From a virus: a DNA stretch of 64,000 bases. The translations under genes and the position numbers were made by a program. Below, in pieces: positions 25,893 through 36,900 of the stretch (position 1 is its first letter; each line of letters begins with the position of its first letter). The stretch is from positions 35,496-99,495 of IMG/VR virus record IMGVR_UViG_3300020442_000015; one strand, 5' to 3'. Below the pieces are notes generated by a model. The model did not search any database, had not been told where the DNA came from, and saw nothing but the letters and a program-made list of their open reading frames with translations.

Positions 25893-26705
25893 ATGACATT
25901 TGGCACAAACTTCGATCCAGACTACGATTACAATCCAAACTTCATACAACCAAAAGGCACCAGACAAAACACTGAACTAAAAGATATACTCGATATACCC
26001 TATACAGTACCAGGAGAGCTAGTTACATCCCTACCTGGGGAGAAGTGGAAACTAGCGCGTGTAGTAGAATACGGTAAGGAGATTATCCTACCGTGGTATC
26101 ACGTCAGTAACTTAGGGCGTGTGATTAGTCATATCCGCCATAACCGTACGCCATTGTATCGTTCGGGTAATCGGTGGGGTTATGACGAGAACCGTATCTG
26201 CAACGGTAAGATGAAGAAGTTCGGTTCACCTAATAAAGGGAGGAACGCAGCAGTTGAAGACTATCACTGGAAACTCTTCCTGAAGGTAGTGCACTGGGGT
26301 TTACTGGAACCAATCTGGTTGGATGAGGCAAAGACTAAACAGTCTGCTTCATCTGAAAGACAAGAGAAGGATCTACCTATCCATAGACTTGTCATTGACA
26401 CCTGGGCACCTATCTACGAGGTGGATCCCGACATTCCTGCAGAGATGCTAGAAGCAATGAGATGGCACTCTATGCCTAAGGAAGGCAAACTGTGGATGAA
26501 CCCTATGTTTGAAGTTGATCATAGTGGTGAAGAACAGAACTCACTTGACAACAGAGTGCACAAACTTCGTCGTACTACTGGGGGCGACAACAACCGTGCG
26601 GCATTGATTGCACGTGGAGGTAGTCACGCTAATCCTATTCAGGCACGTGTCACGACTTCAAAACCCAAAGAAACCCCAACCCTCGAAACCTTTTTTGTAA
26701 AATGA
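25893..26705 (+). CDS. NUMOD4/HNH homing endonuclease
   Basis: 'WYHVSNLGRV', 'IHRLVIDTW', 'EVDH...DNRVHKL...N'. Confidence 0.7.
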   Translation: MTFGTNFDPDYDYNPNFIQPKGTRQNTELKDILDIPYTVPGELVTSLPGEKWKLARVVEYGKEIILPWYHVSNLGRVISHIRHNRTPLYRSGNRWGYDENRICNGKMKKFGSPNKGRNAAVEDYHWKLFLKVVHWGLLEPIWLDEAKTKQSASSERQEKDLPIHRLVIDTWAPIYEVDPDIPAEMLEAMRWHSMPKEGKLWMNPMFEVDHSGEEQNSLDNRVHKLRRTTGGDNNRAALIARGGSHANPIQARVTTSKPKETPTLETFFVK

Positions 26706-26956
26706 CCCAAACACCACCTGCTATTCCAGAATTTGAAACCTATGAGGAGGAGATTGAATGGAGATTCGGCAAGATCGCTGAGAGCATCAAGACTCTTGCG
26801 GAACGTAGTCAATCAACAGAAGCGTTCCTACAGAGGGGTGCTGATATGATTCAGTACAAGATCCCAGGTCACACTGAGTATTCAAACTTACGTCAGATCT
26901 TTGACGATCTCTATTCCAGAATAAATACACTGGAAGAGAAACTTAACAGTGACTAA
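26702..26956 (+). CDS. Hypothetical protein
   Basis: Coupled ORF, coiled-coil-like; contains the late motif AATAAATA at 26920. Confidence 0.7.
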   Translation: MTQTPPAIPEFETYEEEIEWRFGKIAESIKTLAERSQSTEAFLQRGADMIQYKIPGHTEYSNLRQIFDDLYSRINTLEEKLNSD

Positions 26957-29900
26957 TGCCAGCCTACATTATTGAAACTGGTCGTAGTTATCCGAATCCT
27001 GTAGATTCTGAAGACTATGATAGAACCTATACATCTGATGAACATCCCTCCTTTGGAAGTGGTTATCAGATTGAGATTGAGGGCTCTGGACCAGGTTCAT
27101 ATGCATTTGGCAGGGATGAAGTCTTCTATATTGGTGATCCTACCGAGACTTGTGTAGAGTTTTGCGATGCAGACCGTAGAGCGGTCTATCGTTTCTACAG
27201 TGGTCGTTGGGAGGATCATTTTTATTATCATAAGGAAAAGATTCCTAAGGACATTCCTCAAGAAAGAAAGAGATATAATATTGAACCTCGTAATGGACAA
27301 GACTATTTTCAACTCAACAAGAGCAACGTATCTGGTTCTATTCCTGTGTATGTTGCTTGGAATGGGGGCGACAAAAATAGTTACCTTTCTACTTCTGGTG
27401 GACAGAAGTTGCTTGGATACGGGTTCCCAAGTGTATCTGCAGCAACCAGTGCGGGGGTAAGTTTCGTTAATGAGATGCCAACGGCACTCTATCACTATAG
27501 AAAGAATGCAGATGGTGATGTTGATGACTTTTACACCATCAATCCTGCCAATGAAGTCAATTTATCTGGTGGACCTATCCCTCCAAGGGAAGCAAGGCAG
27601 GGTGAGTACGTCTACCAAGGCATTTTCTGCTATGTTTGGACTGGTGGAGCGCCTAGAAACCGTAAAAGAGTCGAAACATCGGGTAAAGCGTACAATACTG
27701 GCGAAGTTGACCGCAATGGGTGGTATCAATACAACCAAACTTGGTCAAAAGCACGTTATCACGACGAACCAGAGGCAACTCCTGCTCAAGAAGGGTGGGG
27801 TGACCCAAATAATGCGGAACTAATCAGTACAAATGCCAACTTTGAGTGGTTTTACGGCAAAAATGGTGCTGTCAAAGCGGCAATGCCAAGATTCCTTGGT
27901 TTTCACGACTGTTTTGAGGGTCAATTTGTCTATTATCTGTATGATACGTCATTTCCCTTCAATGGTCCCATCTATGGTATCAACTTTACTACCACAGATG
28001 CTCCGTGTTGCCCTCAAAGAAGTCAAACACCGTGTGAACCCAATGTTAGGTACCACTCATTGTACTATGAGATGCGTCAAGACGCTTGGGTAACCAAGAG
28101 AACCTCAATGACAGTGGATAGCACTGAACACGGTAGTCAAGGAGACTCATTCTGGACTGTTGGTACAGATGAAGAGATGATCTTCTTCCGTTATACGTCT
28201 GCTACTGGTGCTTTCCGTGTTGGGGAGACTCTCAACAACTGGACAATTATGAAAGTACGATACTTCGGTGATGAATTGAAGTGTGGTTATATGAAATTGT
28301 TCAAAGAGGGTAAAGCAAGGGGCAATGAATTCACCTATCTGCAGAATATCACATCAGATGATGGTGCAACTGCTTCAGTTTTGGCAGGATATGGTATCAA
28401 AGACAAGGTTGCGTTCTTTGGTGTGTATGAATTTCCCAAAAAACTGTCATATTACCGTGTAGAGATCGATAATAAGGCACTGATTCCAAAAAGAACGCTG
28501 GATGTGGCAGTTCTGAAGGCAGTTATCAATAACAAAGGTCAGATTGGGCGCATTGAAATCATAAATGCGGGCAAAGATTATGTAAATCCGTCACTGATTA
28601 TTGGTATTCCCGATGTTGTGCGCGAAGAAGGGTTCGCAGATACGGCAAAAAACGTTCCAGAAGCGTTTGAAGACGACTTTGAGGTTGATTATGCGATCAA
28701 TCTTGAGTCATCAGACGAATTTGACTCCACAGAGCGTGCAGCACAAGAGGTTGCACGCAACATTCAGACACAACAATACATTACTGAAGACAATTTTACG
28801 GGTAACTTCCGCCAAGCGAAGGGTACAGTTACTGTAAATGAAGAGGGTTGCGTCAAATCTGTCACAATTACCGACAAAGGCGCGGGGTATCAACCTGGTG
28901 AAGAGGTGTATGTACAGGTTGTTGAGCGTGAAACCGAGACTAGAGAGGACATTGTTGTTGGTGAAAGCGCAAAGATTACTGATGATGAGGTTCAAAGATC
29001 CATTAAATCGGGTGGAATTCCTGATCCAGAGGTAAGATCTGGTTTTGATGAGATGTATAAGAGTGCTGGACAAGCACTTGGCACACTAAAAAACCCAATT
29101 CAGACATCTTATGTGACTGGATACATCAAAAGCACGGATATTGACATCAAAGAGAAGACAAAATTCTGCGAAAATGTCATTCCTAAGATCTGTATTAACC
29201 CAAATATCGGTGAAAACTGGCACGACATCAACACTTTTACCGATTTGGAGTCACTTTGGGGTAATGTCTCACAGCAAGACCCAAATTGGAATCAAAATAA
29301 TGCGTTTCTTGCTGGTGCAAAACAGAATTCTAGGAAAAATACGGGTCAAATCAACGCTAAAATGACTCAAGGTCTCCGTGGAATCTTCGGAGGTGACTGT
29401 ATTGAGATGGATCAAGCGAATCTTTATATGGTAAAACGCTTTTTTGATGTTCCTTGTCCGTATACAGCGTTCGATACTGACGGAAAAGAGAGAACTTATG
29501 GATGGATGCCATTCAAGTATTGCGGTAGTAAGAAAGAAGAGGCAACTATTCGTGTGACAATGACCATTGAAGGTGATGTCACTGGTGTTAGTGAAGCAGT
29601 AAACCAAAGATTCTTGGCTTGGTTGAAGTGGTTGCCTAAACCCACATTGACCGCTGGACGCCCCGTGACGGGCGGTTACAAGACACACGCCTGTACTAGA
29701 GGGTCAAACGTAAAAGGACGCTGCTACAGCACAGGAAACGGGCAGTATGAGTTCGTACCGACCTCTGGTGATGAGAATACCTTCGACTTTAATGGTCCTG
29801 GTGCTACTCTATCAACATCAAACATAGAGTTGGGACAACTTAGCACTTGGATTGGAGATAATATCCAGGTTTACACAGGTTTATTCTTCAACCAGATCAT

Positions 29901-30321
29901 TGTGGATGAGAATGATGTTGAACTTAGTCAAAATAATGTCCCATATACTCAACTAGCACTATCTAATTGTAGTGGTGGTAAGTTTCCTAATGACAACTGG
30001 CACAACTTTGTTGCAGATGGTGTGCTGAATGTTTATGGAGGATATGATTCCAATGGAAATGGCATCAGCGCATCCGATCCTTGTAATAACAATGACTTCT
30101 TCGGATCGTGCGGATTCGGAAACTGGGCACTGAGAAACGTTATTCACTCAACGATTGCGTTTGACTCAGGTAAATTATCGGAGGATGGTCCCTATATAGA
30201 ACTAGGACCCGTAAATGGAACAATGCATTGGAAGAACTGGGCAACTGGTTCTACGCGACTTTTGTCAACGACATTGGACAATTATGGAAATCCATACTTT
30301 GATGAGTGTGATTTGACCTAA
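26956..30321 (+). CDS. Large virion structural protein (baseplate region)
   Basis: 1121 aa; 'IEIINAGKDY', 'VTITDKGAGY' beta repeats shared with other baseplate proteins. Confidence 0.7.
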   Translation: MPAYIIETGRSYPNPVDSEDYDRTYTSDEHPSFGSGYQIEIEGSGPGSYAFGRDEVFYIGDPTETCVEFCDADRRAVYRFYSGRWEDHFYYHKEKIPKDIPQERKRYNIEPRNGQDYFQLNKSNVSGSIPVYVAWNGGDKNSYLSTSGGQKLLGYGFPSVSAATSAGVSFVNEMPTALYHYRKNADGDVDDFYTINPANEVNLSGGPIPPREARQGEYVYQGIFCYVWTGGAPRNRKRVETSGKAYNTGEVDRNGWYQYNQTWSKARYHDEPEATPAQEGWGDPNNAELISTNANFEWFYGKNGAVKAAMPRFLGFHDCFEGQFVYYLYDTSFPFNGPIYGINFTTTDAPCCPQRSQTPCEPNVRYHSLYYEMRQDAWVTKRTSMTVDSTEHGSQGDSFWTVGTDEEMIFFRYTSATGAFRVGETLNNWTIMKVRYFGDELKCGYMKLFKEGKARGNEFTYLQNITSDDGATASVLAGYGIKDKVAFFGVYEFPKKLSYYRVEIDNKALIPKRTLDVAVLKAVINNKGQIGRIEIINAGKDYVNPSLIIGIPDVVREEGFADTAKNVPEAFEDDFEVDYAINLESSDEFDSTERAAQEVARNIQTQQYITEDNFTGNFRQAKGTVTVNEEGCVKSVTITDKGAGYQPGEEVYVQVVERETETREDIVVGESAKITDDEVQRSIKSGGIPDPEVRSGFDEMYKSAGQALGTLKNPIQTSYVTGYIKSTDIDIKEKTKFCENVIPKICINPNIGENWHDINTFTDLESLWGNVSQQDPNWNQNNAFLAGAKQNSRKNTGQINAKMTQGLRGIFGGDCIEMDQANLYMVKRFFDVPCPYTAFDTDGKERTYGWMPFKYCGSKKEEATIRVTMTIEGDVTGVSEAVNQRFLAWLKWLPKPTLTAGRPVTGGYKTHACTRGSNVKGRCYSTGNGQYEFVPTSGDENTFDFNGPGATLSTSNIELGQLSTWIGDNIQVYTGLFFNQIIVDENDVELSQNNVPYTQLALSNCSGGKFPNDNWHNFVADGVLNVYGGYDSNGNGISASDPCNNNDFFGSCGFGNWALRNVIHSTIAFDSGKLSEDGPYIELGPVNGTMHWKNWATGSTRLLSTTLDNYGNPYFDECDLT

Positions 30322-30854
30322 TGGCATTAGGAATTAACAAACCAGTAGCTTCAATCAATGGATTGCCTTGCTCTGGGCACGGCATTCCGATTCCTGCGAC
30401 TATTCATATGTGGCAGGCTTGTGGCACACCACCTATCCCTCTCAGTATTATTGTGAAGGATAAGACTTGTATGTGGCCACCAATGCCATTGATCCCATTG
30501 ACTGCAATCAACCCATTGAGAGCGACAGTTCTTGTGAACTTCCTCCCGATTATGATTTTCGGTGATATGTTTACACCACATACATCGTTTGGTACCAATA
30601 TTATTAACTTCTCTTGCCCTTGTGGTAAGGCAATGTGTATCATTCCCACTCCCACGACTTGTAGTATGCTCTCTGTGGAGGATATGGGAGGTGTTGGACA
30701 CGCTAGACTTGCGGAAGCAACAACACTGAGTGTATATGCATTCAAAGTTCCCGTCGCACGAATGCTTGATCCTCTTGGAATCGGAGCACCTGGCGCAAGT
30801 TACCCTTGCTCAAGTGTTATTGCGTATGGATCTCCTAATGTGCTTGCTTGCTAA
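30321..30854 (+). CDS. PAAR-like spike tip protein (gp5.4-like)
   Basis: 'CSGH', 'TVLVNFLP...GD..TPH', 'SVYAFKVPVARMLDPL', 'GSPNV'; lies upstream of gp25. Confidence 0.75.
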   Translation: MALGINKPVASINGLPCSGHGIPIPATIHMWQACGTPPIPLSIIVKDKTCMWPPMPLIPLTAINPLRATVLVNFLPIMIFGDMFTPHTSFGTNIINFSCPCGKAMCIIPTPTTCSMLSVEDMGGVGHARLAEATTLSVYAFKVPVARMLDPLGIGAPGASYPCSSVIAYGSPNVLAC

Positions 30855-30890
30855 TTTGTGATATAATTACTGAGTACCACACCAATCACT

Positions 30891-31037
30891 ATGGCACGAG
30901 CAAAAGTAGGTCTCTCTGGACAGAAACTCATTGAGACAAAGCCCAAGAAAACGCGGCAGGGATCAGGACAGCACACCAAGTACGCTGCATCTAGTGGCAA
31001 TAAGGCAAAGAAACGCTACAGGGGGCAAGGTAAATAG
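30891..31037 (+). CDS. Small basic protein (48 aa)
   Basis: 'PKKTRQGSGQHTKY...KKRYRGQGK'; extended -10 TGATATAAT upstream. Confidence 0.7.
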   Translation: MARAKVGLSGQKLIETKPKKTRQGSGQHTKYAASSGNKAKKRYRGQGK

Positions 31038-31201
31038 TGCGTCCAGAGACACGTAAAGCAATGGAGATGCTGTGGTCTGCAAAGTGGAACCTTCCTAAAG
31101 CTGCAGACCATTGCGGTCTCACAAACAAAGAGATGAAAATCACCTTCAACGAGTATTGTGCTTTTCACCCACCCACATACGTTCTAAATAACAATGGCTA
31201 A
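31037..31201 (+). CDS. Small hypothetical protein (54 aa)
   Basis: GTG start; 'RPETRKAMEML..AKWNLPKAA.HCGLT'. Confidence 0.65.
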   Translation: MRPETRKAMEMLWSAKWNLPKAADHCGLTNKEMKITFNEYCAFHPPTYVLNNNG

Positions 31202-31388
31202 CTCACCAATTCCAGACCAGGGACAAGAGTTCATTAAGAGCGGGATGGTTTTAATAACCGACCCCCGCTCTGATAAATACCTAAACAGATCAAAAAAGAA
31301 ACCCAACGATCCCCCTGCGGATCGTTTATCTAAACAATGTGGCGGTGAAGGAGGTTTCGATGATTACGTCGAACAACTTGACACTTAA
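31194..31388 (+). CDS. Small hypothetical protein
   Basis: 64 aa; contains the late motif GATAAATA (31272), which could serve gp25. Confidence 0.65.
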   Translation: MANSPIPDQGQEFIKSGMVLITDPRSDKYLNRSKKKPNDPPADRLSKQCGGEGGFDDYVEQLDT

Positions 31389-31795
31389 TGGCATACCGTT
31401 TTAAGGCAGAACGAAATTTATCTCGCGAATTTAGAGACCTCGGTATTGGGATGTTGGCAAACCCTAATACCGAGGATTTTGCTGTGGTTAAAAATGAGAA
31501 CGCTATTAAGCAATCGATTAGGAATCTAATCTTAACTGGTTATGGTGAAAGACCCTTTCAACCAAATATTGGGTCAAGACTTCGTGAAATGCTTTTTGAG
31601 AACTTCGATGTCTTTATGATTGAAGAACTCAAAGAAGAAATCATCAATACTATTATCAGACTTGAACCTAGAGTGACAGTCAATGAAGTTCGTATGACCT
31701 ATGAAGGTGCAAACGAACTACAAGTTGAAATTGATTACACAATTATTGGTGAAACCCTTGTACAAACCGTAGACTTCCTGCTGGAGCCCACCTAA
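31388..31795 (+). CDS. gp25: Baseplate wedge subunit gp25
   Basis: 'AIKQSIRNLILT..GERPFQPNIGS', 'EPRV'. Confidence 0.93.
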   Translation: MAYRFKAERNLSREFRDLGIGMLANPNTEDFAVVKNENAIKQSIRNLILTGYGERPFQPNIGSRLREMLFENFDVFMIEELKEEIINTIIRLEPRVTVNEVRMTYEGANELQVEIDYTIIGETLVQTVDFLLEPT

Positions 31796-31797
31796 AA

Positions 31798-33879
31798 ATG
31801 GCAGCAATACCATCTAATCTTACATCTCTAGATTTTACAGAGATTCGTGAATCAATCAGATCCTATCTGAGAACTCGCACGGAGTTCACTGATTACGACT
31901 TTGAAGGTTCCGCTGCGTCTTATTTGCTGGACGTTTTATCATATAACACATACTACGCTGCGTTCAATGCCAATATGGCGATGAACGAGGCATTTTTGGA
32001 ATCGGCAACTATTAGAGACAATGTTGTCAAGATTGCAAAGCAACTGAATTATACACCAAAATCCATAAAAGCGCCAAAAGCGTGTGTCAGATTTGCTGTA
32101 CAGACACAAGTTATTGGTTCTAGCACCGCATATCCCCAGTCTGTGGAACTCCAGAAGGGCGATGTGTTCGTTTCTAGTACATCTGGTGCAAGTTTCACCT
32201 TTACGCTGCCACAGGCGCTCTCAGTGACCGTAAATCAAGCTGATGGTGTTGCTACCTTCGAGAAAGTGGTGATTTATCAGGGCAATAGTCTTGATTATGA
32301 GTACACAGTTACTGATGTTAAGCAGAGATCATATCCTATCCCCTCTGATCAGGTCGATACAGACCTTCTGCGTGTTTCTATCTCTCCTAATGCAACATCT
32401 GAAGAGATTGACACCTATAACCTTGTTCAAAACATCGTTGATGTGGATGGAACCACTCGTGGTTACTTCCTAGAAGAGGCAGATGACCAAAGATACAACG
32501 TTGTGTTTGGTGATGGTGTCATTTGTCGTGAACTGATTGCTGGTGAGGTGATCAGAATGTCCTATGTCCGTACGGAAGGACCTGCTGGTAATGGTTGTAA
32601 GAGATTTAACTTTGTTGGACGAGTCATTGACTCTGAAGGACGCCTGGTTCCTGCTGCCAACCTCTCTATGGCGACCGTAGACGGCGCACAAGATGGTGCT
32701 GACGTGGAATCTACCCTGAGCATCAAATTCAACGCTCCTAGAGCGTTTAACAGTCAAAACAGAGCGGTTACAGAGTCTGATTATGAGTTCATCACCAAAA
32801 AGGTGTATTCTCAAGCAAGATCTGTTACTGCATACGGTGGAGAACGTCTAAATCCTCCAGTTTACGGAAAAGTGTACGTTGCTATCCGTACTAAGTCAGG
32901 TGCATCTCTGAATAGTAGCACTAAGAAGAGAATTAAGACTGATTTGTTGAAATATTCGATTGCATCGATCGAACCAGTGATTATTGACCCAACTTCACTG
33001 TACATTCGTCCTAAAACTTGGGCATTCTTCGATGGCAACAAGACAAATCTGTCAAACAACGAAATTGCTACCAAGATTCTTGCTGCAATCGATCAATACA
33101 ATAGTCAATCGGAAGCAACACGTTTTAATGGACGTGTGGACATCTCCGCTTATCAATCAATGATTGATGATTCCGATCCTTCTATTAGCGGCAACGTTAC
33201 TCATATGACTTTGGGTATGAACGTGGAAGGATTTGATTTTGGACAAACTTTCACACAATGTCTCGATTTTGGTAATGAAATTGCAAATCCAAACGATCTC
33301 TCTGGTGGAGACAAGGGTGATGGATCTGGAGATGGAAGTTGTATCCCCAAATACTCGACTGTCAAGAGTGGAACGTTCTATTCCACGGGATATACGGAAA
33401 ATCTCCTGAATCTTCAGACAACTCTCACTGCTGGTCAAATTTCTTCCGCAGTTCTGCTTGAAAATGATACATCTGCTCTGCTTCCTGTGAATCTTCGTGA
33501 TGATGGGTACGGAAATCTGATTATGGTGACAAAACTCGATGAAAAAGAAGTCATCTTGAAGCGCAACGTTGGCACAGTCGATTACAAGAACGGTATCGTC
33601 TGCGTTGGTCCTATTAACGTTGCAAATACACCTGACGGTACAAATCGCATCCCAGTGACGGTTCTTCCCGCTTCTTCCAACATCAATGTTGGCACAGGTG
33701 TTGATCCTGCGATCTTCAACCCGACCGTTCAAACTATTGACTATACCATTGACGGAACTAACGTTCCTACCTTCGATCCGTTCGACTTCACTCCAATTAA
33801 CTTCGACGGAACCCCACTAAATATCATTGATTATCCGACAGTAGTGTTTGAACTCCCCGAGTTCGAGTCCTGCTTCTAA
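31798..33879 (+). CDS. gp6: Baseplate wedge subunit gp6
   Basis: 'LDF..I...FTDYDFEGS...LLDVLSYNTYY...NEAFLESA', 'QNRAVT..DY'. Confidence 0.93.
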   Translation: MAAIPSNLTSLDFTEIRESIRSYLRTRTEFTDYDFEGSAASYLLDVLSYNTYYAAFNANMAMNEAFLESATIRDNVVKIAKQLNYTPKSIKAPKACVRFAVQTQVIGSSTAYPQSVELQKGDVFVSSTSGASFTFTLPQALSVTVNQADGVATFEKVVIYQGNSLDYEYTVTDVKQRSYPIPSDQVDTDLLRVSISPNATSEEIDTYNLVQNIVDVDGTTRGYFLEEADDQRYNVVFGDGVICRELIAGEVIRMSYVRTEGPAGNGCKRFNFVGRVIDSEGRLVPAANLSMATVDGAQDGADVESTLSIKFNAPRAFNSQNRAVTESDYEFITKKVYSQARSVTAYGGERLNPPVYGKVYVAIRTKSGASLNSSTKKRIKTDLLKYSIASIEPVIIDPTSLYIRPKTWAFFDGNKTNLSNNEIATKILAAIDQYNSQSEATRFNGRVDISAYQSMIDDSDPSISGNVTHMTLGMNVEGFDFGQTFTQCLDFGNEIANPNDLSGGDKGDGSGDGSCIPKYSTVKSGTFYSTGYTENLLNLQTTLTAGQISSAVLLENDTSALLPVNLRDDGYGNLIMVTKLDEKEVILKRNVGTVDYKNGIVCVGPINVANTPDGTNRIPVTVLPASSNINVGTGVDPAIFNPTVQTIDYTIDGTNVPTFDPFDFTPINFDGTPLNIIDYPTVVFELPEFESCF

Positions 33880-33908
33880 TAAACCCATAAGATAGCCTAT
33901 ACCAGCAG

Positions 33909-36900
33909 ATGAAGGCAGTAACCGTATCTCAGAGAGTACAGGATCAAATTCCTGCATTCATTAAGGAAGACAACGAACAGTTTGTCAATCTTCTTGCCGA
34001 ATATTACCGTTCGCAAGAGAAACCTGGTCGTCCGTACGATATTCTCAACAATATCTTGAGATATACGGACATCGGTTCTGGTGAGTTTGATCCTAACTTC
34101 CTGTCTTCGGAATCTGCTGTTCTGAGCGCGGTTGACCCATATCAAAATACTATTGTTGCCGAAAACGTAAACTACTTCCTTGAGAAGGACGGCACACTCA
34201 AGATCGACGATGAGATCATTTATTACGAGTCGATCACACATTCGCCAGACGTTGTTTTCACTCCTGGTGTTAATAAAGAAGAATTTGATCGTAAGATCCA
34301 AGAATTTGAACCGATTGCATCTCAGTTCAACGGTTCTACCACAGAATTTAATCTGAAACTGTTGGGTGACCCAGTTTCGCCACAATCTGCTGATCACCTG
34401 CTGGTTATCGTCAATAATGAATTTCAGTTCCCAAATAGGGACTATTTTGTTGATGGTGATCGTATTCGCTTTGTAAACCCTCCTGTAGCGCCTACAGGTG
34501 CTCTTACAGGTGCTCTTAATACTATCAGGTACCTGATTGGTTATACAAGCGTTCCTGTCCGTTCTCTGGACCCTATTTCTGTTGGTGCTGATTCTAAGCA
34601 GTTCCATCTTACAAGAAATACTCAACCTTATCAACCACTATCAACGATTTCTTCGATTGTTGTCGTTGATAGAGTTGAGAAGAGACCCTTTGAAGAATTC
34701 ACGATCTTTGAAGACAAGATCATTTTCAAAGACACTCTTGGTGCAGGATCGACAGTTGATGTTAGATCTATTGAACTGATTGCTCCCGAATTCGGTGCTA
34801 ATGCTGAAGCAGTCGTCAAAGTTCAAAATGGTGAAGTAGAAGACATCATCGTTAAGGATGGTGGTTCTGGATACAGAATGAGTTTCTCTCCCAAGGTGAC
34901 TATTGCGTCAAACCTTGGTACTGGTAGCGATGCTACTGCAGAGGCACTTGTCAATGGTATCAAGAATGTTAGTCTTCTGTTTTCTGGTCAAGGTTATAGC
35001 GCAAACAACCCACCATTGGTTGAAGTCGATGCTCCTGCAGATCCCGAAGGTAAAACTGCTAAAATCACTGCAACTGTTAGTGATGAGATTGAAGGTGTCG
35101 TTCAGCTGAATGTTCTGTCTTCTGGTTCTGGATATGACAGAATTCCTTCTATCAAGTTCACGAATCCTGGTGGTGCAATCATCAGTGGTCCTACTTTGAC
35201 GGATGGAAGAATCGATGCAGATTCTTTCACTGTTGTTGATCGTGGTAGCGGATACACCACTGCTCCTCTTGTATACATCGATCCCCCAACGGGTTCAAAT
35301 GCAATCGTTGCATCCGTTATGGCACACCTCGATGCTGACGGTAGACTTGACAGAATTGAAGTTCTCAGTGGTGGTCAAGGATATGAAACTGTTCCTAGAG
35401 CAAAAATCATTGATCCTGTTGGCGCACAGATTCTCGATGTGAATGTTACTGGTGGCAGAGTCACCAACATCGAACTGTTGACTGGTGGTAAAGGTTATAC
35501 CGATGCACCTTCTGTGTATATCGTCGATAACCGCAAAGACGTTGCTAATAATCCTATTGGTGGTACTGGTGCAACAGCAGTTGCTACCATCTTTAACGGT
35601 GAAATCACCGACATCAACATTACCAGTTTCGGTGAGGGTTACTCTGATACTGAACCTCCAAAGGTTTTCATCGCTGCACCTCCTGCACCTGAGGCATCTT
35701 GTGATGTTGGTTTTGGTGAAATTACTGGTTTCACTATTCATAATCCTGGATCTGATTATCAACCCTCTGCTTTTGTAAATTGTAAGCGTGGTGTTTCCGC
35801 TGTTTCAGCGTATTCTCAGAAAGGAAACCAAATTTACAGCAAAGAGTCCGACACAATTCAGTCTTCTCACGCTGTTGGTTCGACTATTCACAACCTTGAC
35901 AACCTGTTTGCTAAGGAACTTTATCGTAGATATATCAATCAGTATCTGCCAAATGCAGAAATTGACTATAACAAAGTAAATGCTCCGCAGATCATTAAGA
36001 CGATCAGCGACTTCTACTCTTCAAAAGGTACGAAAATCTCCACACAGTATCTGTTCAAGATGCTGTTCTCGGAGAATGTTGATGTTTCATACCCGAAAGA
36101 TGAGGTTATCAAGCCATCTGCCGCAACTTGGAACGTCGATACCGTTCTTCGTGCGGAACTTTTAAGTGGTGATCCGCGTGATTTGCTGGATTCACAGTTG
36201 TTCCAATACCGAGATGCGGTTGATACGACTGTTGGCGCGGCATCTGCACTGATTGAAAACGTGATTGCGATCAATACTGGTGTGGGCACCGTGTATGAAC
36301 TCGCAATTTCTGAAGAAACTCTGCAAGGTCAGTTCTCTATTCCGTATAGGACGACTCTGGTTGAGGCACTTGACACTACAGAAAGTATTATTACGGTTGA
36401 CTCTACGATTGGTTGGCCAGAGAGAAACGGAACAATCCGTATCAATGATCAAGAAATTGTTCAGTATAAGGAAAAAACACTCAACCAGTTCATTGAATGT
36501 ACTCGTTCTAAGAACGGTGTTGTAGAAGATTGGGATGCTGGCACGCAAATTTACTCCGATGTCTTTGTTTATGTTAATCAGGGTCAGTCAAATGAACTGA
36601 AACTGCGCGTTCTGGGTATTGCAGACGCTAAGTCTACGGTTCTTTCTGACACAGGTTCTTACTATCTGCCTGGTGACAAACTGAATGTTGCGTCTCTTGG
36701 TTCTACAAGTGACGATCAAAGAATCACATCTTGGTTGTACAACGTTAAGAAACTGATTCAGGTTACTGGTATTGTCCCTGGTGGTCTCAATAACCAAACT
36801 GCAACTGTTACTTGCTCCAATAACCACGGTTTGTTGGTTGGTGACTCTGTTACCATCTATGGTGCAAACCCAACAGTGTTCAACGGCACATTCCTGGTGA

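Noticed and set aside
35103-35108. Idea that the PvuII site CAGCTG is purged from the genome
   Set aside because: CAGCTG occurs here and near 39538 and 45793, so the nuclease has another specificity or the DNA is modified.
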